Part shown: positions 14,701 to 30,000 of the stretch, in pieces
How positions within the stretch are numbered: the stretch's first letter is position 1
Layout of the letters: each line of letters opens with the position of its first letter
DNA from: the human T2T-CHM13v2.0 reference genome, Homo sapiens
Direction: 5' to 3' (one strand)
NCBI RefSeq assembly: GCF_009914755.1
Contig: NC_060933.1
Length of the DNA: 64,000 nucleotides
Made by a program: the position numbers and the translations under genes
Notes under the pieces: generated by a model
The model's database searches: none
The model's input: only the letters and a program-made list of their open reading frames with translations
Told to the model about the DNA's origin: nothing

Positions 14701-17700
14701 ATGGAATCATCCGTAATGGAATGGAAAGGAATGGAATGGAATGGAATGGAATGGAATGGAATGGAATCAACTCGATTGCAATCCAATGGAATGGAATGGA
14801 ATTAACCCGAATAGAATGGAATGGAATGGAATGGAACGGAACGGAATGGAATGGAATGGAATTGAATTGAATGGAATGGAATGGAACGGAACGGAATGGA
14901 ATGGAATGGAATGGAATGGAATGGAATCAACGCGAGTGCAGGGGAATGGAATGGAATGGAATGCAATGGAATGGAATCATCCGGAATGGAATGGAATGGA
15001 ATGGAATGGAATGGAATCAACCCGAGTGCAATGGAATGGAGTGGAATGGAATGGAATGGAATGGAACAACCCGAATGGAATGGAATGTAATGGAGAGTAA
15101 GGGAGTTGAATAGAATCAATCCGAATGTAATGGAATGGAATGCAACGGAATGGAATGGAACGGAATGCAATGGAACGGAATGGAATGGAATGGAATGGAA
15201 TGGAATGGAATGGAATGGAATGGAATGCAATGGAATGGAATCAACCCGAGTACAATGGAATGGAATGGAATGGAATGGAACGGAATGGAATGGAATGGAA
15301 TGCAATGGAATGGAATCTTCCGGAACGGAATGGAATGGAATGGAATGGAATGGAATGGAATGCAATGGATTCAACTCGATTGCAATGGAATGGAATAGAA
15401 TGGAATGGAATGGAATGGAATGGAATTAAACCGAATAGAATGGAATGGAATGGAATGGAACGGAACGGAACGGAACGGAACGGAACGGAGTGGAATGGAA
15501 TGGAATGGAATTGTATGGAATGGAATGGAATGGTACGGAATAGAATGGAATGGAAAGAATTGGAATGGAATGGAATCGAATGGAATGGAATGGAATGGAA
15601 TGCAATCAACCCGAGTGCAGGGGTATGTAATGGAACGGAATGCAATGGAATGGAATCATCCGGAATGGAATGGAATGGAATGGAATGGAATGGAATGGAA
15701 TGGAATGGAATCAACCCGAGTGCAATGGAATGGAGTGGAATGGAATGGAATGGAATGGAACAACCCAAATGGAATGGAATGTAATGGAGAGTAAGGGAGT
15801 TGAATAGAATCAATCCGAATGTAATGGAATGGAAAGGAATGGAATGGAATGGAATGGAATGGAATGGAATGCAATGGAATGGAATCAACCCGAGTACAAT
15901 GGAACGGAATGTAATGTAATGTAATGTAATGGAATGGAATGGAATGGAATGGAAGGGAATCAACCCGAGTGCAATGGAATGGAGAGGAATGGAATGGAAT
16001 GGAATGGAAACTACCCAAATGGAATGGAATGTAATGGAGTGTAAGGGAATTGAATAGAATCAATCCGAAAGGAATGGAATGGAATGGAACGGAATGTAAT
16101 GGAATGGAATGGAATGGAATCAACCCGAGTGCAGAGGAATGGAATGGAATGGAATGCAATGGAATGGAATCATCCGGAATGGAATGGAATGGAATGCAAT
16201 GGAATGGAATGGAATGGAATCAACCCGAGTGTAATGGAATGGAGTGAAATGGAATGGAATGGAATGGAGACAACAAGAATGGATTGGAATATAATGGAGT
16301 GTAAGGGAATTGAATAGAATCAATCTGAATGTAATGAAATGGAATGGAACGGAATGGAATGGAATGGAATGGAATGGAATGGAATGGAATTTAATGGAAT
16401 GCAATGGAATGCAATCAACCCGAGTGCAATCGAATGGAATCGAATGGAATGGAATGCAATGGAATGGATTCAACTTGAATGGAATGGAAAGAATGGAATC
16501 AACACGAGTGGAATGGCATGGATTGGAATGGAATGGAATGGAATCAACCCGAGTACAGGGGAATGGAATGGAATGGAATGCAATGGAATGGAATCATCCG
16601 CAATGGAATGGAAAGGAATGGAATGGAATGGAATGGAATGGAATAGAATGGAGTCAACTCGATTGCAATCGAATGGAATGGAATGGAATTAACCCGAATA
16701 GAATGGAATGGAATGGAATGGAACGGAACGGAATGGAATGGAATGGAATGGAATGGAATGGAACGGAACGGAAAGGAAGGGAATGGAATGGAATAGAATG
16801 GAATGGAATGGAATCAACCCGAGTACAGCGGAATGGAATGGAATGGAATGCAATTTAATGGAATCTTCCGGAATGGAATCGAATGGAGTGGAATGGAATG
16901 GAATCAACCCGAGTGCAATGGAATGGAGTGGAATGGAATGGAATGGAATGGAACAACCCGAATGGAATGGAATGTAATGGAGAGTAAGGGAGTTGAATAG
17001 AATCAATCCGAATGTAATGGAATGGAATGGAACGGAATGGAATTGAATGGAATGGAATGGAATGCAATGGAATGGAATCAACCCGAGTGCAATGGAATGG
17101 AGAGGAATGGAATGGAATGGAATGGAAACTAACCGAATGGAATGGAATGTAATGGAGTGTAAGGGAATTGAATAGAATCAATCCGAATGTAATGGAATGG
17201 AATGGAACGGAATGGAATGGAATGGAATGGAATGGAATGGAATGCAATGGAATGGATTCAACTTGAATGGAATGGAAAGAATGGAATCAACACGAGTGGA
17301 ATGGCATGGATTGGAATGGAATCAACCCGAGTACAGGGGAATGGAATGGAATGGAATGCAATGGAATGGAATGGAATGCAATGGAATGGAATCATCCGTA
17401 ATGGAATGGAAAGGAATGGAATGGAATGGAATGGAATCGAATGGAATGGAATGGAATCAACTCGATTGCAATCGAATGGAATGGAATGGAATTAACCCGA
17501 ATAGAATGGAATGGAATGGAATGGAACGGAATGGAATGGAATGGAATGGAATGGAATGGAATGGAATGGAACGGAACGGAACGGAACGCAATGGAATGGA
17601 ATGGAATGGAATGGAATCAACGCGAGTGCAGGGGAATGGAATGGAATGGAATGCAATGGAATGGAATCATCCGGAATGGAATGGAATGGAATGGAATGCA

Positions 17701-19099
17701 AAGCAATGGAATCAACTCGATTGCAATGGAATGGAATGGAATGGAAAGGAATACATTGGAATCAAACCGAGTGGAATGGAATGGAAAGGACTGGAATGGA
17801 GTGGAATGGAATGGAATGGAATGGAATGAAATCAACTCGATTGGAATGGAATGGAATGCAATGGAATGGAATCATCCGTAATGGAATGGAAAGGAATGGA
17901 ATGGAATGGAATGGAATGGAATGGAATCAACTCGATTGCAATCGAATGGAATGGAATGGAATTAACCCGAATAGAATGGAATGGAATTGAATGGAATGGA
18001 ACGGAACGGAATGGAATGGATTGGAATGGAATGGAATGGAATGGAATGGAACGGAAAGGAATGGAATAGAATGGAATGGAATGGAATGGAATGGAATGGA
18101 ATCAACGCGAGTGCAGGGGAATGGAATGGAATGGAATGCAATGGAATGGAATCTTCCGGAATGGAATGGAATGGAATGGAATGGAATGGAATGGAATTAA
18201 CCCGAATACAATGGAATGGAATGGAATGGAACGGAATGGAGTTGAATGGAATGGAAGCAACCCGAGTGCAGGGGATTAGAATGGAATGGAATGCAATGGA
18301 ATGGAATCATCCGGAATGGAATGGAATGGAATGCAAAGCAATGGAATCAACTCGATTGCAATGGAATGGAATGGAATGGAAAGGAATACATTGGAATCAA
18401 CCCGAGTGGAATGGAATGGAAAGGACTGGAATGGAGTGGAATGGAATGGAATGGAATGGAATGAAATCAACTCGATTGGAATGGAATGGAATGGAATGGA
18501 ATGGAATGGAATGGAATGGAATTATCCCGAATAGAATGGAGTGGAATGGAATGGAACGGAACGGAATGGAATGGAAAGGAATGGAATGGAATGGAATGGA
18601 ATGGAATCAACCCGACTGCAGGGGAATGGAATGGAATGGAATGCAATGGAATGGATTCAACTTGAATGGAATGGAAAGAATGGAATCAACACGAGTGGAA
18701 TGGCACGGATTGGAATGGAATGGAATGGAATCAACCCGAGTACAGGGGAATGGAATGGAATGGAATGCAATGGAATGGAATCATCCGTAATGGAATGGAA
18801 AGGAATGGAATGGAATGGAATGGAATGGAATGGAATGCAATGGAATCAACTCGATTGCAATCGAATGGAATGGAATGGAATTAACCCGAATAGAATGGAA
18901 TGGAATGGAATGGAACAGAACGGAATGGAATGGATCGGAATGGAATGGAATGGAATGGAATGGAACGGAAAGGAATGCAATGGAATGCAATGGAATGGAA
19001 TGGAATGGAATGGAATGGAATCAACGCGAGTGCAGGGGAACGGAATGGAATGGAATGCAATGGAATGGAATCTTCCGGAATGGAATGGAATGGAATGGA

Positions 19100-22000
19100 A
19101 TGGAATGGAATAAACCCGAGTGCAATGGAATGGAGTGGAATGGAATGGAATGGAATGGAACAACCCGAATGGAACGGAATGGAATGGAGAGTAAGGGAGT
19201 TGAATAGAATCAATCCGAATGTAATGGAATGGAATGGAAGGGAATGGAATGGAATGGAATGCAATGGAATGGAATGGAATGCAATGGAATGGAATCAACC
19301 CGAGTGCAATCGAATGGAATCGAATGGAATGGAATGCAATGGAATGGATTCAACTTGAATGGAATGGAAAGAATGGAATCAACACGAGTGGAATGGCATG
19401 GATTGGAATAGAATGGAATAGAATCAATCCGAGTACAGGGGAATGGAATGGAATGGAATGCAATGGAATGGAATCATCCGTAATGGAATGGAAAGGAATG
19501 GAATGGAATGGAATGGAATGGAATGGAATGGAATGGAATGAACTCGATTGCAATCGAATGGAATGGAATGGAATTAACCCGAATAGAATGGCATGGAATG
19601 GAATGGAACGGAACGGAATGGAATGGAATGGAATGGAATGGAACGGAACGGAATGGAACGGAATGGAATGGAATGGAATGGAATGGAATGGAATGGAATG
19701 GAATCAACGCGATTGCAGGGGAATGGAATGGAATGGAATGCAATGGAATGGAATCTTCCGGAATGGAATGGAATGGAATAGAATGGAATGAAATGCAATG
19801 GATTCAACTCGATAGCAATGGAATGGAATAGAATGGAATGGAATGGAATGGAATGGAATGGAATGGAATTAACCCGAATAGAATGGAACGGAATGGAATG
19901 GAACGGAATGGAACGGAATGGAATGGAATGGAATGCAATGGAATGGTATGGAATGGAATGGAATGGTACGGAATAGAATGGAATGGAACGAATTGTAATG
20001 GAATGGAATTGAATGGAATGGAATGGAATGGAATGGAATGGAATGGAATGGAATGGAATGGAATGGAATCGTTCCGAGTGGAATAGGAGGGAATGTATTC
20101 GAGTGGAATGGAAAGGAATGGAATCAACCAGAGTGGAATGGAAAGGAATGGAATGGAATGGAAACTAAGAGAATGGAATCAACCCGGGTGGAATGGAATG
20201 GAAAGGACTGGAATGGAAAGGAATGGAATGGAATGGAATGGAATGGAATGGAATGGAATGGAATGGAATGGAATCAACGCGAGTGCAGGGGAATGGAATA
20301 GAATCGAATGGAATGGAATGGAATGGAATGGAATCAACCCGAGTACAATGGAATGGAATGGAATGGAATGGAATGGAATGGAATGGAATGCAATGGAATG
20401 GAATCTTCCGGAATTGAATGGAATGGAATGGAATGGAATGCAATGGATTCAACTCGATTGCAATGGAATGGAATAGAATGGAATGGAATGGAATTAAACC
20501 GAATAGAATGGAATGGAATGGAATGGAACGGAACGGAACGGAATGGAACGGAGTGGAATGGAATGGAATGGAATTGTATGGAATGCAATGGAATGGTACG
20601 GAATAGAATGGAATGCAAAGAATTGGAATGGAATGGAATTGAATGGAATGGAATGGAATCAACCAGAGTGCAGGGGAATGTAATGGAACGGAATGCAATG
20701 GAATGGAATCATCCGGAATGGAATGGAATGCAACGGAATGAAATGGAATGGAATGGAATGGAATGGAATGCAATGGAATGGAATCAACCCGAGTACCATG
20801 GAATGGAATGGAATGGAATGGAATGGAATGGAATGGAATGGAATGGAATGGAATGCCTTCAAACCGAATGGAATGGAAAGGAATGGAATCAACACGAATG
20901 GAATGGAATGGAATAGAATGGAATGGAATGGAATGGAATGATACGGAATAGAATGGAATGGAACGAAATGGAATGGAATGGAATGGAATGGAATGGAATG
21001 GAATGGAATGGAATGGAATCGTTCCGAGTGGAATAGGAGGGAATGTATTCGAGTGGAATGGAAAGGAATGGAATCAACAAGAGTGGAATGGCAGGGAATG
21101 GAATGGAATGGAAACTAATAGAATGGAATCAACCCGAGTGGAATGGAATGGAAAGGACTGGAATGGAATGGAATGGAATGGAATCAACTCGATTGTAATG
21201 GAATGGAATGGAATGGAATGGAATGGAATGGAATTAACCCGAATACAATGGAATGCAATGGAATGGAACGGAATGGAGTGGCATGGAATGGAATCAAACC
21301 GAGTGCAGGGGAACGGAATGGAATGGAATGCAATGGAATGGAATCATCCGGAATGGAATGGAATGGAATGGAATGGAATCAACCCGAGTGCAATCGAATG
21401 GAGCGGAATAGAATGGAATGAACCCGAGTGCAGGGGAATGGAATGGAATGGAATGGAATGGAATGGAATCATCCGTAATGGAATGGAAAGGAATGGAATG
21501 GAATGGAATGGAATGGAATGGAATCAACACGATTGCAATGGAATGGAATGGAATGGAATTAACCCGAATAGAATGGAATGGAATGGAATGGAACGGAACG
21601 GATTGGAATAGAATGGAATTGAACGGAACGGAGTGGAATGGAATGGAATGGAATGGAATGGAATGGAATCAACGTGAGTGCAGGGGAATGGAATGGAATG
21701 GAATGCAATGGAATGGAATCTTCCGGAATGGAATGGAATGGAATGGAATGGAATGAAATGCAATGGATTCAACTCGATTGCAATGGAATGGAATAGAATG
21801 GAATGGAATGGAATGGAATGGAATTAATCCGAATTGAATGGAATGGAATGTAATGGAAAGGAATGGAACGGAATGGAATGGAATGGAATGGTATGGAATG
21901 GAATGGAATGGTACGGAATAGAATGGAATGGAACGAATTGTAATGGAATGGAATTGAATGGAAAGGAATGGAATGGAATGGAATCAACGAGAGTGCAGGG

Positions 22001-22490
22001 GAATGTAATGGAACGGAATGCAATGGAAAGGAATCATACGGAATGGAATGGAATGGAATGGAATGGTATGGAATCAACCCGAGTGCAATGGAATGGAGTG
22101 GAATGGAATGGAATGGAATGCAATAGAATGGAATCAACTTGAGTACAATGGAATGGAATGGAATGGAATGGAATGCAATAGAATGGAATCAACTTGAGTA
22201 CAATGGAATGGAATGGAATGGAATGGAATGGAATGGAATAAAATGGAATGATACGGAATAGAATGGAATGGAACGAAATGGAATGGAATGGAATGGAATG
22301 GAATGGAATCGTTCCGAGTGGAATAGGAGGGAATGTATTCGAGTGGAATGGAAAGGAATGGAATCAACCAGAGTGGAATGGAAGGGAATGGAATGGAATG
22401 GAAACTAATAGAATGGAATCAACCCAAGTGGAATGGAATGGAAAGGACTGGAATGGAATGGAATGGAATAGAATCAACTCGATTGTAATG
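19100..22490 (+). repeat. Older, internally deleted copy of the first ~4.2 kb of the 7.28-kb unit (27130-31310)
   Basis: Shared diagnostics: GAATAGAATGGCATGG, TTCCGGAATTGAAT, TGCAAAGAATTGG, TTAATCCGAATTGAAT, CAACGAGAGTGC, CATACGG, CAACTTGAGTAC, GAATAAAATGGAATGATACGG. The offset grows from ~8.0 to ~8.8 kb. Confidence 0.85.
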
Positions 22491-24087
22491 GAATGGATTG
22501 GAATGGAATGGAATGGAATGGAATGGAGTGGAATGGAATGGAATCAACCCGAGTGCAGGGGAATGGAATGGAATGGAATGCAATGGAATGGAATCATCCG
22601 GAATGGAATGGAATGGAATGGAATGCAAAGCAATGGAATCAACTCGATTGCAATGGAATGGAAAGGAATGGAAAGGAATACACTGGAATCAAGCCGACTG
22701 GAATGGAATGGAAAGGACTGGAATGGAGTGGAATGGAATGGAATGGAATGGAATGGAATCAACTCGATTGGAATGGAATGGAATGGAATGGAATGGAATG
22801 GAATGGAATGGAATTAACCCGAATAGAAAGGAATGGAATGGAATGGAATGGAAAGGAATGGAAGGGAATGGAATGGAATGGAATGGAATCAACCCGACTG
22901 CAGGGGAATGGAATGGAATGGAATGCAATGGAATGGATTCAACTTGAATGGAATGGAAAGAATGGAATCAACACGAGTGGAATGGCATGGATTGGAATGG
23001 AATGGAATGGAATCAACCCGAGTACAGGGGAATGGAATGGAATGGAATGCAATGGAATGGAATCATCCGTAATAGAATGGAAAGGAATGGAATGGAATGG
23101 AACGGAAAGGAATGGAATGGAATGGAATGGAATGCAACGGAAAGGAATGGAATGGAATGGAAAGGAATGGAATGGAATGGAATGGAATGGAATCAACGCG
23201 AGTGCAGGGGAATGGAATGGAATGGAATGCAATGAAATGGAATCTTCCGGAATGGAATGGAATGGAATGCAATGGAATGGAATCAACTCGATTGCAATCG
23301 AATGGAATGGAATGGAATTAACCCGAATAGAATGGAATGGAATGGAATGGAACGGAACGGAATGGAATGGAATGGAATGGAATGGAATGGAATGGAACGG
23401 AACGGAACGGAACGGAACGGAACGGAGTGGAATGGAATGGAATGGAATTGTATGGAATGGAATGGAATGGTACGGAATAGAATGGAATGGAAAGAATTGG
23501 AATGGAATGGAATCGAATGGAATGGAATGGAATCAACCCGAGTGCAGGGGAATGTAATGGAACGGAATGCAATGGAATGAAATCATCCGGAATGGAATGG
23601 AATGGAATGGAATGGAATGGAATGGAATGGAATGGAATGCAATGGAATCAACCCGAGTGCAATGGAATGGAGTTGAATGGAATGGAATGGAATGGAACAA
23701 CCCGAATGGAATGGAATGTAATGGAGAGTAAGGGAGTTGAATAGAATCAATCCGAATGTAATGGAATGGAACGGAATGGAATGGAATGGAATGGAATGGA
23801 ATGCAATGGAATGGAATCAACCCGAGTACAATGGAACGGAATGGAATGGAATGGAATGGAATGGAATGGAATCAACCCGAGTGCAATGGAATGGAGAGGA
23901 ATGGAATGGAATGGAATGGAAACTACCCGAATGGAATGGAATGTAATGGAGTGTAAGGGAGTTGAATAGAATCAATCCGAATGGAATGGAATGGAATGGA
24001 ACGGAATGTAATGGAATGGAATGGAATGCAATCAACCCGAGTGCAGGGGAATGGAATGGAATGGAATGCAATGGAATGGAATGGAAT

Positions 24088-25100
24088 CGTTCCGAGTGGA
24101 ATAGGAGGGAATGTATTCGAGTGGCATGGAAAGGAATGGAATCAACCAGAGTGGAATGGAAGGGAATGGAATGGAATGGAAACTAATAGAATGGAATCAA
24201 CCCGAGTGGGATGGAATGGAAAGGACTGGAATAGAAAGGAATGGAATGGAATGGAGTGGAATGGAATGGAATGGAATGGAATGGAATGGAATGGAATGGA
24301 ATGGAATGGAATCAACGCGAGTGAAGGGGAATGGAATGGAATGGAATGGAATGGAATGCAATGGAATGGAATCAACCCGAGTGCAATCGAATGGAATCGA
24401 ATGGAATGGAATGCAATGGAATGGATTCAACTTGAATGGAAAGGAAAGAATGGAATCAACACGAGTGGAATGCCATGGATTGGAATGGAAAGGAATGGAA
24501 TCAACCCGAGTACAGGGGAATGGAATGGAATGGAATGCAATGGAAAGGAATCATCCGTAATGGAATGGAAAGGAATGGAATGGAATGGAATGGAATGGAA
24601 TGGAATGGAATGGAATGGAATGGAATCGTTCCGAGTGGAATAGGAGGGAATGTACACGAGTGGCATGGAAAGGAATGGAATCAACCAGAGTGGAATGGAA
24701 GGGAATGGAATGGAATGGAAACTAATAGAATGGAATCAACCCGAGTGGGATGGAATGGAAAGGACTGGAATGGAAAGGAATGGAATGGAATGGAATGGAA
24801 TGGAATGGAATGGAATGGAATGGAATCAACGCGAGTGAAGGGGAATGGAATGGAATGGAATGGAATGGAATGCAATGGAATGGAATCAACCCGAGTGCAA
24901 TCGAATGGAATCGAATGGAATGGAATGCAATGGAATGGATTCAACTTGAATGGAAAGGAAAGAATGGAATCAACACGAGTGGAATGCCATGGATTGGAAT
25001 GGAAAGGAATGGAATCAACCCGAGTACAGGGGAATGGAATGGAATGGAATGCAATGGAATGGAATCATCCGTAATGGAATGGAAAGGAATGGAATGGAAT
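24088..25100 (+). repeat. ~0.52-0.54-kb local tandem duplication
   Basis: CGTTCCGAG occurs at 24088 and 24627. Both copies carry the private variants GAGTGGCATGG, CCCGAGTGGGATGG, GCGAGTGAAGGGG, CTTGAATGGAAAGGAAAG and GAATGCCATGG. Confidence 0.92.
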
Positions 25101-27089
25101 GGAATGTAATGGAATGGAATGGAATGGAATCAACTCGATTGCAATCGAATGGAATGGAATGGAATTAACCCGAATAGAATGGAATGGAATGGAATGGAAC
25201 GGAACGGAATGGAATGGAATGGAATGGAATGGAACGGAAAGGAATGGAATAGAATGGAATCGAATGGAATGGAATGGAATGGAATGGAATCAACGCGAGT
25301 GCAGGGGAATGGAATGGATTCGAATGGAATGGAATGGAATGCAATGGAATGGAATCAACCCGAGTGCAGGGGAATGTAATGGAACGGAATGCAATGGAAT
25401 GGAATCATCCGGAATGGAATGAAATGGAATGGAATGGAATCAACCCGAGTGAAATGGAATGGAGTGGAATGGAATGGAATGGAATGGAACAACCCGAATG
25501 GAATGGAATGTAATGGAGAGTAAGGGAGTTGAAAAGAATCAATCCGAATGTAATGGAATGGAATGGAACGTAATGGAATGGAATGGAATGGAATGCAATG
25601 GAATGGAATCAACCAGAGTACAATGGAATGGAATGGAATGGAATGGAATGGAATGGAATGCAATGGAATGGAATCAACCAGAGTACAATGGAATGGAATG
25701 GAATGGAATGGAATGGAATGGAATGGAATGGAATGCAATGGAATGGAATCTTCCGGAATGGAATGGAATGGAATGGAATGGAATGGAATGCAGTGGATTC
25801 AACTCGATTGCAATGGAATGGAATAGAATGGAATGGAATGGAATGGAATGGAATTAAACCGAATAGAATGGAATGGAATGGAATGGAACGGAACGGAACG
25901 GAACGGAACGGAACGGAGTGGAATGGAATGGAATGGAATTGTATGGAATGGAATGGAATGGAACGGAATAGAATGGAATGGAAAGAATTGGAATGGAATG
26001 GAATCGAATGGAATGGAATGGAATGGAATGGAATCAACCCGAGTGCAGGGGTATGTAATGGAATGGAATGCAATGGAATGGAATCATCCGGAATGGAATG
26101 GAATGGAATGGAATGGAACGGAATGGAATGGAATCAACCCGAGTGCAATGGAATGGAGTGGAATGGAATGGAATGGAATGGAACAACCCGAATGGAATGG
26201 AATGTAATGGAGAGTAAGGGAGTTGAATAGAATCAATCCGAATGTAATGGAATGGAACGGAATGGAATGGAATGGAATCGAATGGAATGGAATGGAATGG
26301 AATGGAATGCAATGGAATGGAATCAACCCGAGTACAATGGAACGGAATGTAATGTAATGTAATGGAATGGAATGGAATGGAATGGAATGGAATGGAATCA
26401 ACCCGAGTGCAATGCAATGGAGAGGAATGGAATGGAATGGAATGGAAACTACCCAAATGGAATGGAATGTAATGGAGTGTAAGGGAATTGAATAGAATCA
26501 ATCCGAAAGGAATGGAATGGAATGGAACGGAATGGAATGGAATGGAATGCAATGGAATGGAATGGAATGGAATCACCCCGAGTGCAATGGAATGGAGTGA
26601 AATGGAATGGAATGGAATGGAGACAACAAGAATGGATTGGAATATAATGGAGTGTAAGGGAATTGAATAGAATCAATCTGAATGTAATGAAATGGAATGG
26701 AACGGAATAGAATGGAATGGAATGGAATGGAATGGAATGGAATGGAATGGAATGGAATGCAATGGAATGGAATCAACCAGAGTGCAATCGAATGGAATCG
26801 AATGGAATGGAATGCAATGGAATGGAATGGAATGGAATCAACTCGATTGCAATCGAATGGAATGGAATGGAATTAACCCGAATAGAATGGAATGGAATGG
26901 AATGGAATGGAATGGAACGGAACGGAATGGAATGGATTGGAATGGAATGGAATGGAATGGAATGGAACGGAAAGGAATGGAATGGAATGGAATGGAATGG
27001 AATGGAATGGAATGGAATGGAATGGAATCAATGCGAGTGCAGGGGAATGGAATGGAATGGAATGCAATGGAATGGAATCTTCCGGAATG

Positions 27090-30000
27090 GAATGGAATGG
27101 AATGGAATGGAATGGAATGGAATGGAATTAACCCGAGTGCAATGGAATGGAGTGGAATGAAATGGAATGGAATGGAACAACCCGAAAGGAATGGAATGTA
27201 ATGGAGAGTAAGGGAGTTGAATAGAATCAATCCGAATGTAATGGAATGGAATGGAAGGGAATGGAATGGAATGGAATGCAATGGAATGGAATGGAATGCA
27301 ATGGAATGGAATCAACCCGAGTGCAATCGAATGGAATCGAATGGAATGGAATACAATGGAATGGATTCAACTTGAATGGAATGGAAAGAATGGAATCAAC
27401 ACGAGTGGAATGGCATGGATTGGAATGGAATGGAATGGAATCAACCCGAGTACAGGGGAATGGAATGGAATGGAATGCAATGGAATGGAATCATCCGTAA
27501 TGGAATGGAAAGGAATGGAATGGAATGGAATGGAATGGAATGGAATGGAATGGAATGAAATCAACTCGATTGCAATCAAATGGAATGGAATGGAATTAAC
27601 CCGAATAGAATGGCATGGAATGGAATGGAACGGAACGGAATGGAATGGAATGGAATGGAATGGAACGGAATGGAATGGAATGGAATGGAATGGAATGGAA
27701 TGGAATCAACGCGAGTGCAGGGGAATGGAATGGAATGGAATGCAATGGAATGGAATCTTCCGGAATGGAATGGAATGGAATAGAATGGAATGAAATGCAA
27801 TGGATTCAACTCGATTGCAATGGAATGGAATAGAATGGAATGGAATGGAATGGAATGGAATGGAATGGAATGGAATTAACCCGAATAGAATGGAATGAAA
27901 TGGAATGGAACGGAATGGAACGGAATGGAATGGAATGGAATGCAATGGAATGGTACGGAATGGAATGCAATGGTACGGAATAGAATGAAATGGAACGAAT
28001 TGTAATGGAATGGAATTGAATGGAATGGAATGGAATGGAATCAACGCGAGTGCAGGGGAATGTAATGGAACGGAATGCAATGGAATGGAATCATCCGGAA
28101 TGGAATGGAATGGAATGGAATGGAATGGAATCAACCCGAGTGCAATTGAATGGAGTGGAATGGAATGGAATGGAATGGAACAACCCGAATGGAATGGAAT
28201 GTAATGGAGAGTAAGGGAGTTGAATAGAATCAATCCGAATGTAATGGAATGGAATGCAACGGAATGGAATGGAATGTAATGGAATGGAATGCAATGGAAT
28301 AGAATCAACCCGAGTACAAAGGAATGGAATGGAATGGAATGGAATACCTTCAAACCGAATGGAATGGAAAGGAATGGAATCAACACGAGCGGAATGGAAT
28401 GGAATGGAATGGAATGGAATGGAATGGAATGATACGGAATAGAATGGAATGGAACAAAATGGAATGAAATGGAATGGAATGGAATGGAATGGAATGGAAT
28501 GGAATGGAATGGAATGGAATCGTTCCGAGTGGAATAGGAGGGAATGTATTCGAGTGGAATGGAAAGGAATGGAATCAACCAGAGTGGAATGGAAGGGAAT
28601 GGAATGGAATGGAAACTAATAGAATGGAATCAACCCGAGTGGAATGGAATGGAAAGGACAGGAATGGAAAGGAATGGAATGGAATGGAATGGAATGGAAT
28701 GGAATGGAACGGAATCAACGCGAGTGCAGGGGAATGGAATAGAATCGAATGGAATGGAATGGAATGGAATGGAATCAACCCGAGTGCAGGGGAATGTAAT
28801 GGAACGGAATGCAATGGAATGGAATCATTCGGAATGGAATGGAATGGAATGGAATGGAATCAACCCGAGTGCAATGGAATGGAGTGGAATGGAATGGAAT
28901 GGAATTGAAAGGAACAACCCGAATGGAATGGAATGTAATGGAGAGTAAGGGAGTTGAAAAGAATCAATGCGAATGTAATGGAATGGAATGGATCGGAATG
29001 GAATGCAATGGAATGGAATGGAATGGAATGGAATGGAATCAACCCGAGTACAATGGAATGGAATGCAATGGAATGGAATGGAATGGAATGCAATGGAATG
29101 GAATCTTCCGGAATTGAATGGAAAGGAATGGAAAGGAATGGAATGCAATGGATTCAACTCGATTGCAATGGAATGGAATAGAATGGAATGGAATGGAATT
29201 AAACCGAATAGAATGGAATGGAATGGAATGGAACGGAACGGAACGGAATGGAACGGAGTGGAATGGAATGGAATGGAATTGTATGGAATGGAATGGAATG
29301 GTACGGAATAGAATGGAATGCAAAGAATTGGAATGGAATGGAATGGAATGGAATGGAATGGAATGGAATCAACCAGAGTGCAGGGGAATGTAATGGAACG
29401 GAATGCAATGGAATGGAATCATCCGGAATGGAATGGAATGCAACGGAATGAAATGGAATGGAATGGAATGGAATGTAATGGAATGGAATCAACCCGAGTA
29501 CAATGGAATGGAATGGAATGGAATGGAATGGAATGGAATGGAATGGAATGGAATGCCTTCAAACCGAATGGAATGGAAAGGAATGGAATCAACACGAATG
29601 GAATGGAATGGAATGGAATGGAATGGAATGGAATGGAATGGAATGGAATGGAATGGAATGATACGGAATAGAATGGAATGGAACGAAATGGAATGGAATG
29701 GAATGGAATGGAATGGAATGGAATGGAATGGAATGGAATCGTTCCGAGTGGAATAGGAGGGAATGTATTCGAGTGGAATGGAAAGGAATGGAATCAACCA
29801 GAGTGCAATGGAAGGGAATGGAATGGAATGGAAACTAATAGAATGGAATCAACCCGAGTGGAATGGAATGGAAAGGACTGGAATGGAATGGAATGGAATG
29901 GAATGGAATGGAATGGAATCAACTCGATTGTAATGGAATGGAATGGAATGGAATGGAATGGAATGGAATGGAATTAACCCGAATACAATGGAATGGAATG

